Source: Amoebophrya sp. A120
Taxonomy: Eukaryota; Protista; Dinoflagellata
Length of the DNA: 64,000 bases
Assembly: GCA_905178155.1 (NCBI GenBank)
Contig: CAJINV010000012.1
Span: forward strand, 2,457,407-2,521,406
Direction of reading: 5' to 3'
This document shows positions 45,385-58,900 of the stretch, piece by piece (within the stretch, counting starts at the first letter, position 1; the number at the start of each line of letters is the position of its first letter). Under the pieces are notes generated by a model. That model was not told the DNA's origin, ran no database searches, and worked only from the letters and a program-made list of their open reading frames with translations. The translations under genes and the position numbers were made by a program.

Positions 45385-46962
45385 TCAATGGCTTGTTTGG
45401 AGGTAGAGGCGCAGTTTGGTGGTCGCCGGGGAACATCCTGTGCAAAAGTATCGTAGTCGTACTAATTCAATATCAATATCAATTGCAATCAACATGCATG
45501 ACAAATCCTGTTTCTTAGCAAAATCAAATTCAGGATTCCAAATTCCATTTTTCATACTTCTGGAAATATTTGTAATGCGACTTATACTAGTACGATACTT
45601 TTGCAATGCATAGGGAAATACTCCAGTAACCCGGGAGCGGGAGCGGGTTGTGGTAGCTGTCGAAACGACGTAGATTGTAACGCCAGATGTGAATAGGGGC
45701 AACGCCATCATTGCGTGTGAGAAGAGAAGGTGCGTAGGGAATAGAAAAGACCCAAGGACCAGCGTCAGCGGGCTGCTGGCGGAACCCGAACGGAGCAAGC
45801 AACTCCTTTACAGCTTGCCGATCTTCCGATATGAGAGTGCACAACTCCACCACCCCCTCCCCCACCCCCTCATTTGATGAGGGCATCATGCTGGTGGGAA
45901 GCAACTACACAAGCGACGGCAGAAATGAGGCTTCTGCATGGCAGATCTGCAGACGTACTGTAATGCTGTTGAAGGTAGTAGAAGTTGTTTAAGAATGATC
46001 TCTCATGCAAACAGTGCTGCTTCAAGGCAGAGTGTGGATTTGGTATTTTGCATCACAAATTTTCATGTTGAGAGAGGAGCAGGACTTGTGTACCATCATA
46101 GGCGACTGCGACAGCTCCGCCATCAGTTCACCAAACTCTTTGGTAGGTGAATCATAGTACTCATCTTCATTTTCAAATCGTCCGTAAAGAAGATTTCGAA
46201 GTTCCAGCAAGACTTGATAGTTCCCTTTCGTTTCTTATGCATTCTTGCAAATGCATCTGGGCCTCCTGGAAACTGGTGATGCTGAGTGGCGATGATTGAA
46301 CATACTCCCGAGTGGAGCCCAGCATGACAAATCCCGAACCCGAGGACGCTTCCTGGTGCGTAGATAGTGGTAGTGCGCATTAAATTTAGAAATAGAAATT
46401 CAAACTGTGCTTTTGCATGACAAAACACAACTCGTTCCTTGTTGTTGGTCATGCAATACAGAGACAGATTTTACAGAAATCGAAATAGATACATACACAG
46501 AAGTACAGGCTTCACTTTTCCAGACCCAGACATATTTGCATTTGATATTTCTTCTGACGCATGCGCATCGAGTCCGTGTCCGTGTGCGTGATCCTCATCA
46601 TTTTTATCTATCACAGTGGCAGGCGCTGCTGGGTGGAAATCGAAATCTGCAAAGTGAAATCGAAACAAATATATTACGAGCAGAAAAGCAAAAGTCCTCA
46701 TCCTCTGCGTTGGATGCAAGAATGTTGCGACACAAAAAATGTCTGCTTTTTTTGCCCATGTTGCTGCACGAAGATTGGATGAAATAGCACTTATACGCAA
46801 AATGCGTCCCGCCCCTTAGCGCCTACGATTTCAACCCAGCACCTGACACTGTTCCATACCACCGCCGCGATCAAGTCCCGACCCGAGCCCGGCCGTCGCC
46901 GCGCTGACCACTGCCACCGTCGACAAGTGCAAAACGACAAACGCAAGAAAACGTGGCTGCAT
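45385..46962 (-). CDS. Hypothetical secreted protein
   Basis: Starts MQPRFLAFVVLHLSTVAVVSAA (signal peptide-like); exons join in frame across TIR elements (ELSQSPDRQAVKELL; PGYWSISPATTKL). Confidence 0.65.
45434..45612. mobile_element. TIR introner-like element (family A)
   Basis: TIRs; DR gggaa/gggaa. Confidence 0.9.
45830..46100. mobile_element. TIR introner-like element (family C)
   Basis: Left TIR intact, right degenerate; flanks tccga/ggcga; frame restored. Confidence 0.8.
46236..46547. mobile_element. TIR introner-like element (family B)
   Basis: TIRs; DR tttct/tttct. Confidence 0.88.
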
Positions 46963-48661
46963 TTTGATCATTCAGGCTCTTGTGCGAGATGATGTGATGA
47001 AATAGCAATGAAAAGGATTGATTTTTCGATAAAGCGGCACTTGTTTTATGAAATTTTTCCTGATCTTAAGCGTGCGCGAAGGGAAAAGGAAAAATTAAAA
47101 ATGCAAATAGTAGGGGGCGAGGGCGACAGCAAAAACTTATTCAGCTGCAGCTGTTAGCACAAGACGACCTCCCAGCAGAAGTTGTCGCGTTACCAGAAGT
47201 AGACGCGCTAGTAGAAAGTGCTTGTTGTTTTTTTTTCTAAGGTTTTAAAAACAAGGTCGTGTAAGAAGTTGGTCGTCAAACGGTAAAGACGGATCTCAAC
47301 TTGATTCAAACTTAAGGGTAAGATCTAAGAAAGTGGTCAGACGTTAGGGCGGGAACTGTTACTGTGGGTTGTAGTAAGGAGCAAGGATGTGCAGGTGCAC
47401 AAGAATTGCGAGCCATCTTCATCAAAGAGATGCAGTGCTGACCGACATACACGATAGATGTTTTATGTTAATGTTTCTACTTCACGAAAACAATACCAAA
47501 CTGAGCCACGAAGTGTGCTCTACTTTGTGTTTCGTTGTTTTCAGATTCAGACACATCTCACCGACCAGGTATAGGTTTCATTCTGGAGTCAAATTGAGTA
47601 TCCTACTTAGACCCTCCAAGAAATGATCCACCGAGATGATCGTCACTGTTGAGCTACTGTCTCGACGGAATGTTCTTGATTTATTCAGTTTCACTGACTT
47701 GAAACAATTTCGATCCATCGCATTTTGCTTTGCTTTCACTTCTGATCCACTACTAGCTTTATTTTCCATGTATGTTGATACCACGACCACGCACCGAGGC
47801 AATAAAGGTGGACCGGGACGACGAGATGTATCAGTACAGATATCGCTCCTCTTTCACTTGTTTATGTTTTTCTGTTTCATCCCTCTTGTTTACCTTCTTG
47901 ATCTTGGCCGACCGAGTTTCAAATTGAACAATGATCTTACTTATATAACTGTCGCTGCTCGTCCTCGAGATGAGGTTTTCGTGTTGGTGAAGATGCAGAA
48001 CGAAAAAGCGACAGAAATAATTATCTTCAAGATAGTACACTTACACTACATCTACAGCAGGCGCACAGAAGTATTTATCAGAATGCAGCTGCTCTGACGT
48101 AGCAAAAATTAGGGTCCTTCTACAGTGCAAGTGCTTTGGGCTCTACGCGGAGACTCATTTTTCTCTTACGTGCTTTACCCAATAGAAGAGCTCGTCTTGT
48201 CGTCTAATCATGATGGGGGCAAAAGTAAACCAGGTGGCACAACACTCGCAACGACAACGAAGTAAATAATGAAACACATGAAAAAACGTATAAATATAAA
48301 GGAAAACGAGACGTCGGGATGTCCATGTCGTGCAAGTAAAAAGCTAAAAAAGAATCGGAATGTAAAAAATCAAAAAAGAAAAATTATGTAAATGCTGACG
48401 AGTTAAGACAATGACAAAGAGGGCAAAACGACCCATGCTGCCGCAAAAGCAAAACTGAGAGCGAAAGGCTACTACTTACGTCATGCGTAGGACAACTAAA
48501 GTATAAGAAAAGGTAGACCTTAATCACAATCGCACTGCTGACGTATTCTCTTGCTATCATCATGAATGTCTACTTCCTTCTTTCCGCCAAAAAAAGTTGG
48601 TATCTCCTGTTTGTCGCCTCCTCTTCAACGGATAAATCCCGCCGGTCAACTTCATCTACAG

Positions 48662-51600
48662 CTACACGTCGAACCTCGATTGTGCACAGGTTTTATCAAG
48701 TGCAAATATGTCTGGGTCTGGGAAGTTGTGACGCAAGTATGCGACTGATGGAGGGACTTGAATTATATGCAGCAGCCACGCACGACAAATTTTCGAGCTG
48801 CTATGTGTTCTTGCGTACTCGGCATGGCAAACTGCGTTTTTGCATGACAGGCAAGAGATGCTCTTCGTGCGCATGCATCACAGACCTTAGCTTACAATCA
48901 TGCCACACAAGCATGACAGGTCCGGCATTTTTCATCTTCCAGACCCAGACATGTTTGCAGTGCATAAGTTTCCCCGCGTTGCAGAATGACCGGGAAACTC
49001 TTGCGGGAGACCCGCAACTCGTGGTGGTCCAAGTGGTCGTCGGCGCCGGTTGGCGGCGGTTGCTCCACATTGTTAAATTTGAAAAAGCACATGCTGCGGA
49101 CAAACACCTTCATCTCGCCAGCCTGCTCTACTTCAGCAGGTTCATCTTGCCCCGTAGAAGAAGAACTTTGTTTGTTTTGGTGACCCCCCGCACGGAACAC
49201 TATCCACAGTAAATTTCCCGTGCACGACGTACAAATGCCAATGCGGTCTCTGCATGACAAAACTTGGCTTCGATCCTAGTTTAGCATGACAAGTTTGACG
49301 CTCCAAATTCGTGAAATTTGTGATGCACCTTGTACATCCATGTACGGGGAATTTGTATTGCATAAACACGTCGATCTTCACCACGTCGTCCTTTTTCAGG
49401 GGTCCCTCGGCCACCTCCGCAAGCATGTCGTCGTCGAGATGGTCACAGTCGATGTCTCCGTGCACCAGGTTGCTCAGGTACTGCCCGTATCAAACGTAAA
49501 AATGTCTGGGTCTGGAAGATTTCTAGATTTGTCATGCATATTTTCCATGACCCACGATGTCTGTGATGCATGCCGTAGCATCACAGATTTTTAGAGCGCT
49601 TTGTGATGCCTCTACAGCATGAGAAATGACCTCTCCGCATAGCACAAACTGGAGTCCTCTTGCTGGTCATGCAATACAAATTTTTTCAGAATCCAGAGAC
49701 AGCATCACAAGTTTAGAATGTTCCAGACCCAGACATTTTTGCATCTGATAGCCCGATCCCGAAGGTTTGCGCCTCGATCTCGGCTACTGCATTGATCAGC
49801 TGCACAGCTTATCAAATGTAAAAATGTCTGGGTCTGGAAACTTGTAATGCTGGGTGGCGTCTCATGATGAGGCCACAAATGCTCGCTCAGCATGACAAGT
49901 TTCTGAGCTTCTAGGTATTGCCTATTCTGCATGACAAACTCCGTTCCTGCATCACAGAAAAACAGAGCTCCTGGGTAACGTGCATGACAGATTTCAGAGT
50001 CATGCCAGACAAGCATGACAAACATGCATTCTTCCAGACCCAGACATTTTTACATTTGATACAGCTTCCGCACACACGTAGCCGTCATTTCCCCGCCCGC
50101 CGACGCACTCCCACTCGACCGGGTGCTCCACCAGAATGTGCTTCACCTCGAGCCCGGGCTCGTTGTTGCCTTCCAACGTTCTCGTTTCAATCAGGGGCAG
50201 AAAGTTCTTCTGCATCGCTTCGGACATGTGGATCTCGCTCGTTTCATCTGCTGGTTTAGTTTTAGCCGCGCTTGTTTCAAGCGTACTACCAGCTGTGTAG
50301 TTCTCGTTTCTTGCCTTCCGAGCTTGTTGCTTCCGTTCTACTCGTTTTTCGTGCGCTTCCAGTTCCGCCCGCAGCTTCGCCTCGGTGGACTTTTGCAAGA
50401 GAGACAGCGGCCTTGGTTTCTTCAACAGGTTTGCTGTTCTTGTACTACCGGTCGGGTTCCTCGTCTTCGTAGCTTTATTATTCTTGTTGATGTTGTTTTC
50501 AACAACACCGGTCTGGCGTAAGTCCGACGAAAATTGCATGTCCTTTTCCTCGTCAAGAGACACTACACTGGTTCTTTCCTTTACATCAATTTCCTGAGCC
50601 AACAAGTCCCCGCCTTGGCGGTCGTCCCCTTCTCCACTAAACTGCCCCCCAAAAGATGATGGCAAAGATGCTCCTGAGGAAAGAGTACTTTTCCTTCGAG
50701 ACCCAGTAGCTGTTCTTGCTCCAATATCATCTCCGTCAACAACATCAATATCATCTTCAATCTGCGCAAACGAATTGTAGTCCCAAATGTTGAGCGAGGT
50801 GTCGAATTCCACTCGGACGTGATGGCAAAAGTCGTGCAGGGACAACCCAAATTGGTCGTACTCGATGCAATACTCGGGAATCCCCTCGTTCAGTAGGTAC
50901 CACTTGCAACATGTCAGTCGCAGGTTGGCCATGCCCCAGGGTTTGTCCAGCTCCGCCATGATGGAAACGCTATGCAAAGAAAAAAGTGTTACAGTTGCGC
51001 ATTGTGTTTTTATAGGCCAAGCAAGACAGACCAGCTCTGTCATGCCGGATACGCATGGAAGCCTCGTTTCATAGGAGTTTTGGTTTTCCCGTAGGATTTC
51101 TGCATTACAAGTTGTTTTCTCTCTCATGCAGAGAATAAATTTGTGTTGCTGAATTGACTACAAATGTGTAACCGTAACACTTTTTTCCTGGGATAGACGC
51201 TGGCCGTGTAGTACTGGTGCCCCGCGTATCAAATGCAAAAATGTCTGGGCCTGGTGGAAGGATGCGAACTTGTGATGCATACTTGGATCATACAAAAATC
51301 TGTCATGCTTAGACAGCCAAGGGAGCTCTTTTTCCTGTCGCCGAAAGAAGGTGTTAGTTTGTCATGCGGATTAAGCATTGGGAAGCCGTCTCATCAAGCC
51401 CTGTGATGCTAGGCCTTGCATGGCACACCTTCCGTGTCAAGCAGACACAGCATCACAAACCTCAGCAATCTTCCAGACCCAGACACTTTTGCAATGCATA
51501 CCGCGCAGGCCGGCACGTGCATCTGGCTGCTTTGCAAAGCCGCCGCCGCCGTCGTGGGAAATTTCGCGGCCTGCGTATCACAAGAAAAAATCTCCCCTCC

Positions 51601-54357
51601 ACATATCGACAGGAAGTCTCTGATGCTGGACTTGCGTATACGAATCAGGTTTGTCCTGCAGTAGAGGACTGCAGGCTCCTGCCAAGCCTGAGTAGAGTGC
51701 TTTTGCCTAATCGCTTAGCATGAGAAACGACTACGCTGTAGGAGCAACAGCATCACAAACCGCCTGCATAATGCGGCAGAACGTGTGGAGTTGTGTTCTT
51801 GCAAGACAGACGCGATTTGTGGTCTCAAATCAGCAAGACAAATTTTCGGAAACGCACCTTTTCGATATGGGGAGGGGGGATTTTTCCTCTCAATACTGCG
51901 TGATATCCTGCGGCCGGTACACCACTTCCAGACCCTCGGACCCGCTCAGTATCAAATGTAAAAGTGTCTGGGTCTGGAAGATTGGAACTTGTGATGCTAA
52001 CTTTGGACTCTAGAAAAATCTGTATTGCATGAACAGCAAGAGGAGTCTAGTTTGTGCTACGCGGGAAGGGCGTTTGTCATGCGGAGTAGGCATCAGGAAG
52101 CCCGCTCAACATCTGTGATGCGCGGTCGTGCATTACAGACATCCTGGGTCATGCAAAACATGCATGACAAATCTCAGAATATTCCAGACCCAGACACTTT
52201 TACATTTGATACTCAGGTTGCGTTCGCAACTCTTGCGGAACTCGCAGTTCGGCTTCGTGTCCGGGGTCGCGGTGCCCTGGCTGTACTCGTCGCCAAGGCC
52301 GAACATGGCGTGACCCAGCTCGTGCGCCGCGATCTGCAGCGCGGCATTGTCGAGCGACATGGTGGCGGCCGACTGCGCGGCGTAGCCGGCCCCGCCGTAC
52401 TTGGGCGAGTTGTGGATGACGAGGAGGGTGGTGTGGAACCCGCTGCCGCAGTGCATCTCGGCGTGCTTCCAGAATTCGGAGATCACGCAGCACAGCAACC
52501 GGTCCACGTCGTGGCAGCCGTACCAGCAAAGCGCGTCCCCGTCGTTGTCATAGGCGTACATCTCCTCGTCCAGACGCTGGTTCACGTAGAACACGTTCAA
52601 GGCTGCGTTGTTGGCCGCGTCAAAGGGAGCGTAGGTGCTCAGCCCCTGAAACACCGTCTGCGCCTTGTCCGCCCAAACGTTGCCGTTCCCGTTGGCGTCC
52701 CCAAAGTCGTCGTGTGCAAAGTTGCTCGGGAGCATATCGAAATGAAAAATCCACCCCCCCCATACTCAAACTAGAGACTTGTGGTGCAGATTTGTGGCCA
52801 CAAATCAGCTTTGTCATGCTAGAAGGGAAAAGATGCGGACTGTAGGGCTGGTTGGCGTGGGAAAGCCTTGCATCTTTAGCATGACAGGGGGCAACTGGAA
52901 GTGGGAAGCAGCATGACAAATTGCCTGCAAACGAGGCCACAGCTGCGTCTCTTGGCCTTCTAGCATTACAAGTCGATTTTTTTACTCAAATACAGCATCA
53001 CAAGTTTCGTTTTCGATATGGAGAGGGGGGATTTTTCCTTTTGATAGAGCAGCACCAGGTTGACCGCGTTTGCCTTGGGCACGTTCGCGGACAAGGCCTT
53101 GCAGTGCGGGTTCCCCTCAATCGGCGACGCTTCGGGCACAGAAGCCGGCACTGCCATCGTCATGGCGGGCGCCGACGGCGGGGCACGAGCTGCGACGGCG
53201 GCCGTGGAGGGGGGCTTTGGTGTCGTGGTGGTTGGAGGGGGTGCAGTCGTGGTCGGAAGGGCGGGTGTAGAAGACGTTGTGGGTCTTGTGGTGGAGGTCG
53301 GAAGGGGTGTGGACGTCGTTGGTTGTGTGGTGGTCGGAAGGGGTGTGGACGTCGTGGGTCTTGTAGTAGTCGTCGGAAGGGGTGTAGTCGTCGTGGGTTG
53401 TGTAGTGGTCGGAAGTAGGGGTGTGGACGTCGTGGGTCTTGTCGTGGAGGTCGTGGGTTTTGGAGTGGTGGTGGCGGGTTTTGGAGTACTAGTGGAAGCA
53501 GCAGCAGCTGGACAACCCCGGGGACCCCAGTGGTTCCTGAGCTCTCCGTGGTCGTAGGACTGATGGCATTCCCAGGCGGAGTCCTTGCAGCAGTAATCCG
53601 TTCCGCCCACGCAGTCGTTCGGCTTGGCGCACATCACGGGCTGGTTCTTCGGGCACCGTTTGCGGCCGCCGCGGTCTTGGCACCGGTTCCAACCCCCGCC
53701 CCTGACCTGCTGCAGCGAGCCGTCGTTGCACTCGAGGTAGCCGTCGCGGCTGGAACCCTCCAGCCAGGGACAGCGCACGAGCTCCTCCGGGTCGTAAGAC
53801 GGCGGCTTCGGCTTCGCCGGCTTTGCAGCGGCCCGGCCACGACGACCACTCGAGGAACTTCCTCTACTTCTGCGGCGCCGCTTTGCTTCCGCTTTCTGAG
53901 TCGTTTCTTGTCCCATTTTCGCTTGATGCTGGGATGCAAACGATTGCTTTTTCGAAGAGATTTCGGTAAAGACCTGCACGGTCGTTTTATCTTTTGCTTT
54001 CTGAAGCAACGTCGAGGTGGTCATGGGCTTGTTGTTCGCTGTCATCTCCTCAGAAGTCCTCGCCGCGGCGGCCCTGTGTTTATTTTCGCCTTCAAAGCCG
54101 AGCACAATTTTTGTGCTGTAGTCCTCCCGCGCGGTAGTACTAGTAGTTGTAGCAGATTCATCATTTTTCCTCGTGATGCGCGAGGAGGATTTAGTAGTAG
54201 TTCCAGCAGATGAGCGGACTGAGGTCTTCTTCCGGCTCAGCAAACTCACACTGGAAGCGGACACCACCGAGGATGATGCGGCTGCCGACAACGCGAGTGC
54301 GGATGCTCGTCGGACGAACCTGTTGTTCTGGCCGCGCAAGACTGAATGCGTCATCAT
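48662..54357 (-). CDS. Secreted zinc metallopeptidase, M64 (IgA peptidase)-like, with Cys-rich domain and Thr/Pro mucin-like stalk (paralog 1)
   Basis: AVNLVLLPSNF..YAPF..LNVFYV and AAHELGHAMFGLGDEY; CNDG..GWNRCQDRGGRKRCP..MCA..C..CC domain; PTTT repeats; 9 TIR elements. Confidence 0.8.
48694..48966. mobile_element. TIR introner-like element (family B)
   Basis: TIRs; DR ggttt/agttt. Confidence 0.9.
49201..49364. mobile_element. TIR introner-like element (family E)
   Basis: TIRs; DR aacac/aacac. Confidence 0.9.
49488..49750. mobile_element. TIR introner-like element (family B)
   Basis: TIRs; DR gcccg/gcccg. Confidence 0.9.
49810..50061. mobile_element. TIR introner-like element (family B)
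   Basis: Perfect ~30-bp TIRs; DR cagct/cagct. Confidence 0.92.
50971..51195. mobile_element. TIR introner-like element (family I-related)
   Basis: AAAAAAGTGTTAC inverted pair; DR aacgc/gacgc. Confidence 0.88.
51227..51500. mobile_element. TIR introner-like element (family B)
   Basis: TIRs; DR ccgcg/ccgcg. Confidence 0.9.
51576..51895. mobile_element. TIR introner-like element (family H)
   Basis: TIRs; DR ctgcg/ctgcg; body similar to 39431-39755. Confidence 0.9.
51950..52211. mobile_element. TIR introner-like element (family B)
   Basis: Perfect ~30-bp TIRs; DR ctcag/ctcag. Confidence 0.92.
52735..53046. mobile_element. TIR introner-like element (family H)
   Basis: TIRs; DR gagca/gagca; joins AVNLVLL to PSNFAH. 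Confidence 0.92.
53200..53500 (-). repeat. Coding tandem repeat encoding Thr/Pro mucin-like stalk
   Basis: Repeated GGTCGGAAGGGGTGTGGACGTCGT units encoding PLPTTTTRPTTST. Confidence 0.85.
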
Positions 54358-55964
54358 GCTGGTTGGTGGTTTTTTCGATGTACGCGCTACAATTCTTGCG
54401 AAGCAGGTATAAGAAGATTTTTTTACGAATACTCACTTAAAAAACGGAAAGTGGAAGCAAGGAGGAGCAAAATAAATGTGCGGCTTTCGCTTTCTTAGTA
54501 CCAAGTCAAAGATCCGATTTTTCTTTTTTTTAAAAAAAAGCGACGTGCGAGTAACAACACCAAAGTGGTAGTTACAACTGCAAGTAGAATTGTTCCTGCG
54601 AAGATGTCGAGAAATAAGGTCATAGAATTTTTGTGTCGACTAGTACCACATCGTACATCTGGAAACATCGTACTTGTGCAAGCGGAAGATGACACGACGC
54701 TGTGACGACCACGGACGATGGGAGAAGAACGAAGTTGCTAGTTTTAGGAGCGGAGGCGGACGATAGGAAATAAGCTGAAGCAAATAACGGAAGTTCGTCA
54801 GCACGATTGGGTGTACGACGGTGGTGCACGAGTATGTATGCTTACAACATCGTTCTACAACTACAATTTCTTCATCCTGGGTGTTTACGATTAAGAAATA
54901 GCCGAGCTCGCACCTGCGCCTCTTCGCTACTAGTAGTTGTGAACTGCAAAATAATCATACATACCCGTCCTCCTGCTATTACAAATTCTAGCACTTGCGG
55001 CTAACAATTGTGCCGCTACTGACACTCACACTGTGCGACATCAACGTGATCTGTGAATATAGTGAAAGGCGACGTTCTCGGGAGGGCGAGGCAACTCTAT
55101 GTTTATTTCATTCAACACCTGGCGCCGCATGAGGACCTTCTTCTGCCCATCATGGATCATTTGTCTATTGTTTTTATTTTTGATGCGGATGCGAGGTGGA
55201 ATGAACGTACTTAAGTAGTGTAAAAACGCGGGTAAAAATGAGATTTGTTCTCCAATGATCTTGCAGCTCCAGGACGAATGGATACGCACAACTTCGACAA
55301 TATCTCCATCTCGTCCTCTGCGCCAGGCAGCAAGGGATGCCCACTGCTTCGTCTACTTCGTTGGGAGCGTCATCTAATATGATTCCACTACCACGACCAT
55401 GAGGGGAGGTAGTGCCCCCACGGTTTCATTCCCTGGTGGAACCGCTTAGAAAATACTCTGGGTAGAAAAAAAAAATATGTTCAAAAGTGCAAGCAAGTTT
55501 ATCATGGAGACCCCCTTCATTCGGTAAAGGGTAGCTGTGAAGGTACTACTTAAATAGGAATGCAATTGTCTGTAGAAATTTGGTGAATAAACAAAAAAGA
55601 AAAACGCTGTTTATTTAAATTCGGAAAAGCCAACTGGCGCGAAACTTGTTTGAAATCAAAAAAACCTTGACGGCAAGTGCAACTAAGAAGTGACCGAGTC
55701 ACTTCGAGAATTACGTCTACTGTGAAAGATCATGGATGCGTATGCTTTATTTCGGAGTGACTTTTAAATTTAAAAACTCTGCAGAAACGAAAACGAATAT
55801 GTAGATGATCATGATTAGATATGGTAAACAAGATGTGTGAGTAGTACCAACATGAGTTACACTTCCGTTTGGCTGTCCTCCCACCGCTCGCGATAAGTTA
55901 TCAAAGCTAAAGCTTGCTTCCTCTTCTCCTACTGTGTGTAGGTGTACTTGGTGTGGTTACAACG

Positions 55965-58900
55965 TCAGTCAAAGATGACTTCCCCGAACTGCAAAATCAC
56001 TGCAAACGACTTCCGCGGCACGCGCACCTCCTCCAAGCTGACCTTGTCGTTTTTGTCCCGCGGGGGAATGTATCAACTGCAAATCATGTGTCTGGGTCTG
56101 GCAAGAATTGGATTTGGTGTGATCTGCAGCTACTCTTCGATCAACATACATTGTTCTGTATTGCATGAGCAGCAAAAGGTACTCAGGTCAATATCGCCGC
56201 CCGGAAAGGACATTTCTCTTTCTGTTTCTCATGCAGAAAACTAAGCATCATCAAGCTCTCGCGAAAGCTGTGAATATGCTACTAGAGCATGCATCAGCAT
56301 TATAGGCATTCTCGTGGGTCATGTAAAACGTGCACGACATCAAACAACTCTCCCAATTTGTATCCAGACCCAGATACATACTTCCGCAATGGATAGCATG
56401 GGATCCGCGATATCGTAGTTGTAAAAACAAAGACTCCGGTCAAATGTTGCGCTCTCTTTCCCCATGTTGTCGGCATTCCCGCTCGTCGGGTTCTTTTTCT
56501 TGTACACGTCAACTTTCACGATGGATTTGTCTTTTTGGACTTGTTCCTCGGTGCACTGCTTGTTTTCGCCACTGGTGTCCTCTACGTCCCCATGCACCTC
56601 GTTGCGCTGAAACATCCCCGCACACAAGTCCGCGCTCCCCTCTTCATTCTCCTCGGAAATCGCCGCTTGGAAGCATTTTGGTTTCTGATCGGTGTTCCCG
56701 CCACCGGAACCCGAAGCGGAAGAGATCTTACACACCCATTCCACCGCTTGTTCTACCAAAACATGGGCGGCGCCGTGCTCCGAGAAGGCTTCGTCGTCAC
56801 CTTCTAAAATGTGCTGCTCCAGCTTCGGCATCCTGTGCAAAAGTACCGCACTCGTACTAACTTCTGATTGCGGTCAAGCATGACAAATCTAGTTGTTAAG
56901 GTGAACCCGCATTACAAATTCAATTATTTGTGATCGTAATGCTGAGCTAATTATTTGTATTGCAAGTTATACTAGTCCGATACTGTTGCAATTCATATTC
57001 GGAAAGCGACAGTCTCGGTTCGCGACTTCGGCGAAAGACGTGAACGAAACTTTGTGTAGGGGGGAGAAGCTGTTGTTTTCCTCGCCTGTCATTTTGCTTC
57101 GTCTAGTGCTGGTTCTCCTGACGTTCCGCCGGCGCGGCATTTGATTTTCATTTTCTTGTGCGGCGGCGCTTCTTGCTGCACCAGCCGGTGGAAGGAGGAG
57201 TTTCTTTTGTGGATTTTTTTCATCAACGGTACTACTATCCAGAACTTCATCGTGTTCGTTCTCTTTCTTTCCCATTTCCACGAAAGCCGCGGGCGCGCTG
57301 GTTTGGCTGTCGTAGTTCCAGACCTCGGTGTGGGCCTCGTACTGTTGCTGAAGGTCTTTGCAGAACGCCCTCAAGGGCGTCAAACCATTGCTGTTGAACT
57401 TCTCGTATGCATTGCAAAAGCATCGTACTAGTATAATATAGATCGCATCACAAATTTTTCATTCAAGAAACAAAAATGAAATTTATAATACTGATGTCCC
57501 TTAGTTGATGGATTTGTCATGCACGACGGCGATTCGTACTAGTACAATGGTACTTTTGCACTGCATATCTCGCAATACGGTGGCGTGACGTCCAACACCA
57601 AATAGTACTTGCAGCACCCGACTCTCTCGCTCGCGTACCCGAACTCTTGCAGCGAGATGTAGATCATGATGGACTCCTTGGCGATGTAGTACGCGTTGTT
57701 CTCGCAGTAGCCGTAGACGCAGGTCCCCACCTTCTCGTCACCAAACACCGCTCGTAAATCCGCGATGCGGTTCAGACAGCCTTGCTTGTCGTGGTCGCAG
57801 TTGGGCTTTCTTGTCGCCGTGGATTGCCGCGCCGCGTACTCGTCGCCCAGACCAAACATGCTGTGGCTGAGTTCGTGCGCCGCGGCGTCAATGCCCTGAT
57901 CCATCAACGTGATGGTCGCCGCGGACAGCCAGGAGTAAGCAGCCCCAGCCCAGGAAACCGCGTCGTTGTGGACAATCAAGTAGCATCAAGTGCAAATATG
58001 TCTGGGTCTGGAAATTTGTGATGCTTAAAATGTGCATGATGAAAAGAACTTCCTCATGCAGGAAAGCATGACAAGTCTGCGCAACGCTTTATCATACGAA
58101 CTCCGCATGAGAAACTGCGTTTTTGTATCATGACGTGAGAGGCTGCCACATTTGTTGGTCATGCAATACAGATTTCACAGCCACAGGAATGCAAGACCAG
58201 CATTACAAGTTTCAACTTTCCAGACCCAGACAACATATTTGCATTTGATAAGTAGCTCATCAAGAAGCCGTGCCCGCACTCGTGGCGCGCGACCGCTTGG
58301 AACACCTCGACTTCGCAGAGCAGCAACGTGGATTGCACCTTGCACAGCTGTGTCAACTGTAAAAGTGTCTGGGTCTGGAAGAATCCAACTTGTCATGCTG
58401 ATTTTGGATCCTAAAAAAATCTGTATTGCATGAGCAGCAAAGAGAGTCCAAGTTTTGCTACACGGCAAGAGCATTTGTCATGCGGTATAGGCATCAGGAA
58501 GCCCTCACAAAATCTGTGATGCTAGGGCATGCATCACAGACATCAGGAGTCATGCAAAATGTGCATGAGAAACCTGGCAATCTTCCAGACCCAGACATTT
58601 TTACATTTTATAAGCTGCCCGTGGTCTTCCGCTGCCTTTTCGTTCACGTAAAACATGTTCAAGCCCTCGTTCTCGTCGGCGTTGAACATGGCGTAGCGGT
58701 TATGCAAGAAAAAAAACTGTGTAAGTGTAAATCTGTGATGCAAAAAACGCAAATCAGTTACACTTGTCATGCTGGAAGTGCGTCATAGACGTGTTTCGTA
58801 CGTGTTTTCACGTACAATCTGCGCATGACAGGTTTTTTCTGTAATGCAAAACGAATTTGTGATGCTGCTCTTCCTACAAAGTTACACTTACACAGTTTTT

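Noticed and set aside
4600-58788. Many short ORFs sharing peptides such as FQTQT, KCLGL, VWVWK, PDPD, QKYRTR
   Set aside because: They are translations of the repeated TIRs in various frames, not a protein family.
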